A stretch of DNA of 64,000 bases, from NCBI GenBank assembly GCA_951406725.2, contig OX597841.1:4650001-4714000 (forward strand), read 5' to 3'. The notes beneath the pieces are model-generated. The model did no database searches and had not been told where the DNA came from. It saw nothing but the letters and a program-made list of their open reading frames with translations. This DNA is from Octopus vulgaris (Eukaryota). Positions 61,549-64,000 of the stretch are shown here, one piece after another; position 1 is the first letter of the stretch; each line of letters starts with the position of its first letter. A program made the translations under genes and the position numbers.

Positions 61549-62949
61549 TATATACGCATATATATGGAAGTGGGTGAGTTTATGTGTGTCTGTGTCTGTA
61601 TCACATTGCTACACGTTGTAGAATTGGAGACGCATTACCACATGTTAATTACAATGCGCACGATGAGCATGTGGGAATCAAAACGATTACAAACATATTC
61701 TTAATACATCCTGACAGATTCGAACGTGGTTCTCTGATTCGCTACTCGCCGCGATTCGCAGATCCACCTTTTAACATGTACATAATGTTTTACTTTCGGC
61801 TGGCAGATATCAGCCGTACCAGTAAGTAATTTGTTTGTTGATGCTACGTATAAGAACCAAAAAGTTTTATCAGAGCAATTAATCTGTTGAAACTTTGGCT
61901 GAGGAGGCGCAATTATGTTAAAACAGCGGGTGTCCTAAAGTCTCTTGAGCTTAATGAGTCGAGTGTGCTAGAAATATACACGTGTCTAAAAGGAGAACTT
62001 ACTGACTTTATAAACAAGAGTCAAAACCCTTGTTTGATTCATTTGCTGGGACAACATTGACTGAGAGGACTCGACGGAGTCGAAACATGTATGTCCCAAA
62101 GTCTCCTTTCCTTGATAAATCGAGTGTGCTAGTAACACACATTTATCTGAAACGGGAAGTCGTTCTTCAATGACGAAATACACGACAGTGATTAGCATAG
62201 TCATGTTCGGAACATTTTCAGGATAAAAACTGCATGTCATCATAGTAACACTTCTCCAGTACTACAATGTGCAACTAAATGACAAACCCACATAGTCATC
62301 ACTGCTCCACCACCAACACCACCGTTACCGCCACCTCCACCACCATCACGGTCACGATTTCAACACCACCGTTACCATCACGGCCGCGCTCCGCCACTAC
62401 CGTCAATGCAACCATCGACAAATCACCACTGCGTATCAGCGTACAGGTGACTTTCATACCATCACTACTGATGTCTGTACCATTGTCACTAAGGCAAATA
62501 TTCGCTGAAATTATGTGTGTCACTGTCGTTACATATTTGGAGAGAGACAGGAGCAGAGGAAAAGACTCTGAGAATAGGAGTGTAAGGGAAAAATGCAGGT
62601 GTGAGTCAGACACGAACACACTCAACGACGCACGCTTGTACACTAACATACGAACGCATACACATTGAAAAAACATATAATATAACAGTAGTCTTTATAA
62701 CTCTTTTGCTCTATTACGCTTTTACTTGTTTCAGTCATGTGACTGTGGCCATACAGGGGGCATCGCTTTCAGTCGAGCAAATCGACCACAGGACTTATTC
62801 TTTGTAAGCCTAGAACTTATTCTATCGGTCTCTTTTGCCGATCCGCTACGTTACAGGGACGTAAACACACAAGCATCGGTTGGGAAGTGATTTTGGGGGT
62901 GGGGGCAAACACAACACACAAACATATACACACACATACATACATATGC

Positions 62950-62982
<33 letters not shown>

Positions 62983-63020
62983 TGTATGTATGTATATATA
63001 TGTATATATATATGTATATA

Positions 63021-63081
<61 letters not shown>

Positions 63082-63249
63082 TGTATATATACATATATAT
63101 ATATACATATATTGTTCAGTTAATCGCAATACAAATCCATAATTTATTCTTTTGAATAATATCAGTGGAACTTTCGAAACATGTGTCGAAAGTAAAAATA
63201 TTTTATTTATACCTGCGTTAAACTCCATTTGTTTATTCATATATATCTA

Positions 63250-63291
<42 letters not shown>

Positions 63292-63480
63292 ACGGGTTTC
63301 TTTGAGTTTCTGTCTACCAAATCCACTCACAAGGCTTTGGTCGGCCCGAGGCTATAGCAGAAGACACTTACCCAGTAGAGCTGAACAAGCAGCACAGCCA
63401 CGCCTGCACCTATAATGTGTGTGTGTGTGTACATTCGTAGATACACACATGCATACATGGAAGCATACATCTTTATGTTG

Positions 63481-63512
<32 letters not shown>

Positions 63513-63767
63513 CATACATTCCTAATTACATAACAACGAGTGGAGTGACTCAGCAAAACTAAAATAAATGTTGGTCGTATGGAGCCTTGCTGTGAGTTAA
63601 ATAATAATGTAAATACGCTTCATTTATGATTTGGTCTGCCTGAGAAAATTACCGAGAGTTCACTGACGGACCGTTTCGCAGTTCATTGAATTTCCCCAAT
63701 TAGTAACAGAATATTGACTCCCTCCGTATTAATACAAGTGTGTGTGTGTGTTGATGGAGATATATGT

Positions 63768-63848
<81 letters not shown>

Positions 63849-64000
63849 CGTATATATTTACTGATATACATACGTGCAGACGCACACATTAATTTATATA
63901 CATATATAGCTATATAGAAGATTACTTGTTTGTATATATTTATATATATATGTATGTAAGGAGTAGACAGACAGCCGACAACTGATGAAGGGTCCTTTCT

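Noticed and set aside
61718-61821. Exon candidate (ctgacag|...|gtaagt)
   Set aside because: Splice signals are plausible but the peptide resembles nothing I recognise; not supportable without RNA data.

Overview
This is eukaryotic, repeat-dominated DNA, most likely from an octopus (Octopus-type coleoid cephalopod); the taxon is inferred from my recall of the SINE sequences and the microsatellite load, not from a search. A large share of the window is (TA)n/(CA)n/(TATG)n/(AAT)n/(GAT)n/(GATA)n microsatellite, which produces nearly all ORFs in the supplied track. The only plausible host coding signal is a first exon at 2141-2516 (ceramide-kinase/CERKL-like N-terminus), so most of the window is probably one large intron. 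It holds dozens of tRNA-derived SINEs of several modular families, a 5'-truncated DD37D (maT) Tc1/mariner transposase, a Penelope-like GIY-YIG fragment between inverted repeats, remnants of RLE-type LINEs and a fold-back MITE. Two non-obvious signals stand out. (1) At least 7 unrelated sequence families carry type I hammerhead ribozyme folds, mostly with palindromic stem III; these include a compensatory U3-A8 core variant and back-to-back sense/antisense pairs. (2) One SINE family occurs as a single tRNA head plus 1-9 head-less 184-bp units, always joined at the same self-complementary GAAATA-GG-TATTTC junction. Dimers sit inside single target-site duplications and copies repeatedly insert antisense into their own family at one site, which suggests a circular/concatemeric RNA intermediate.
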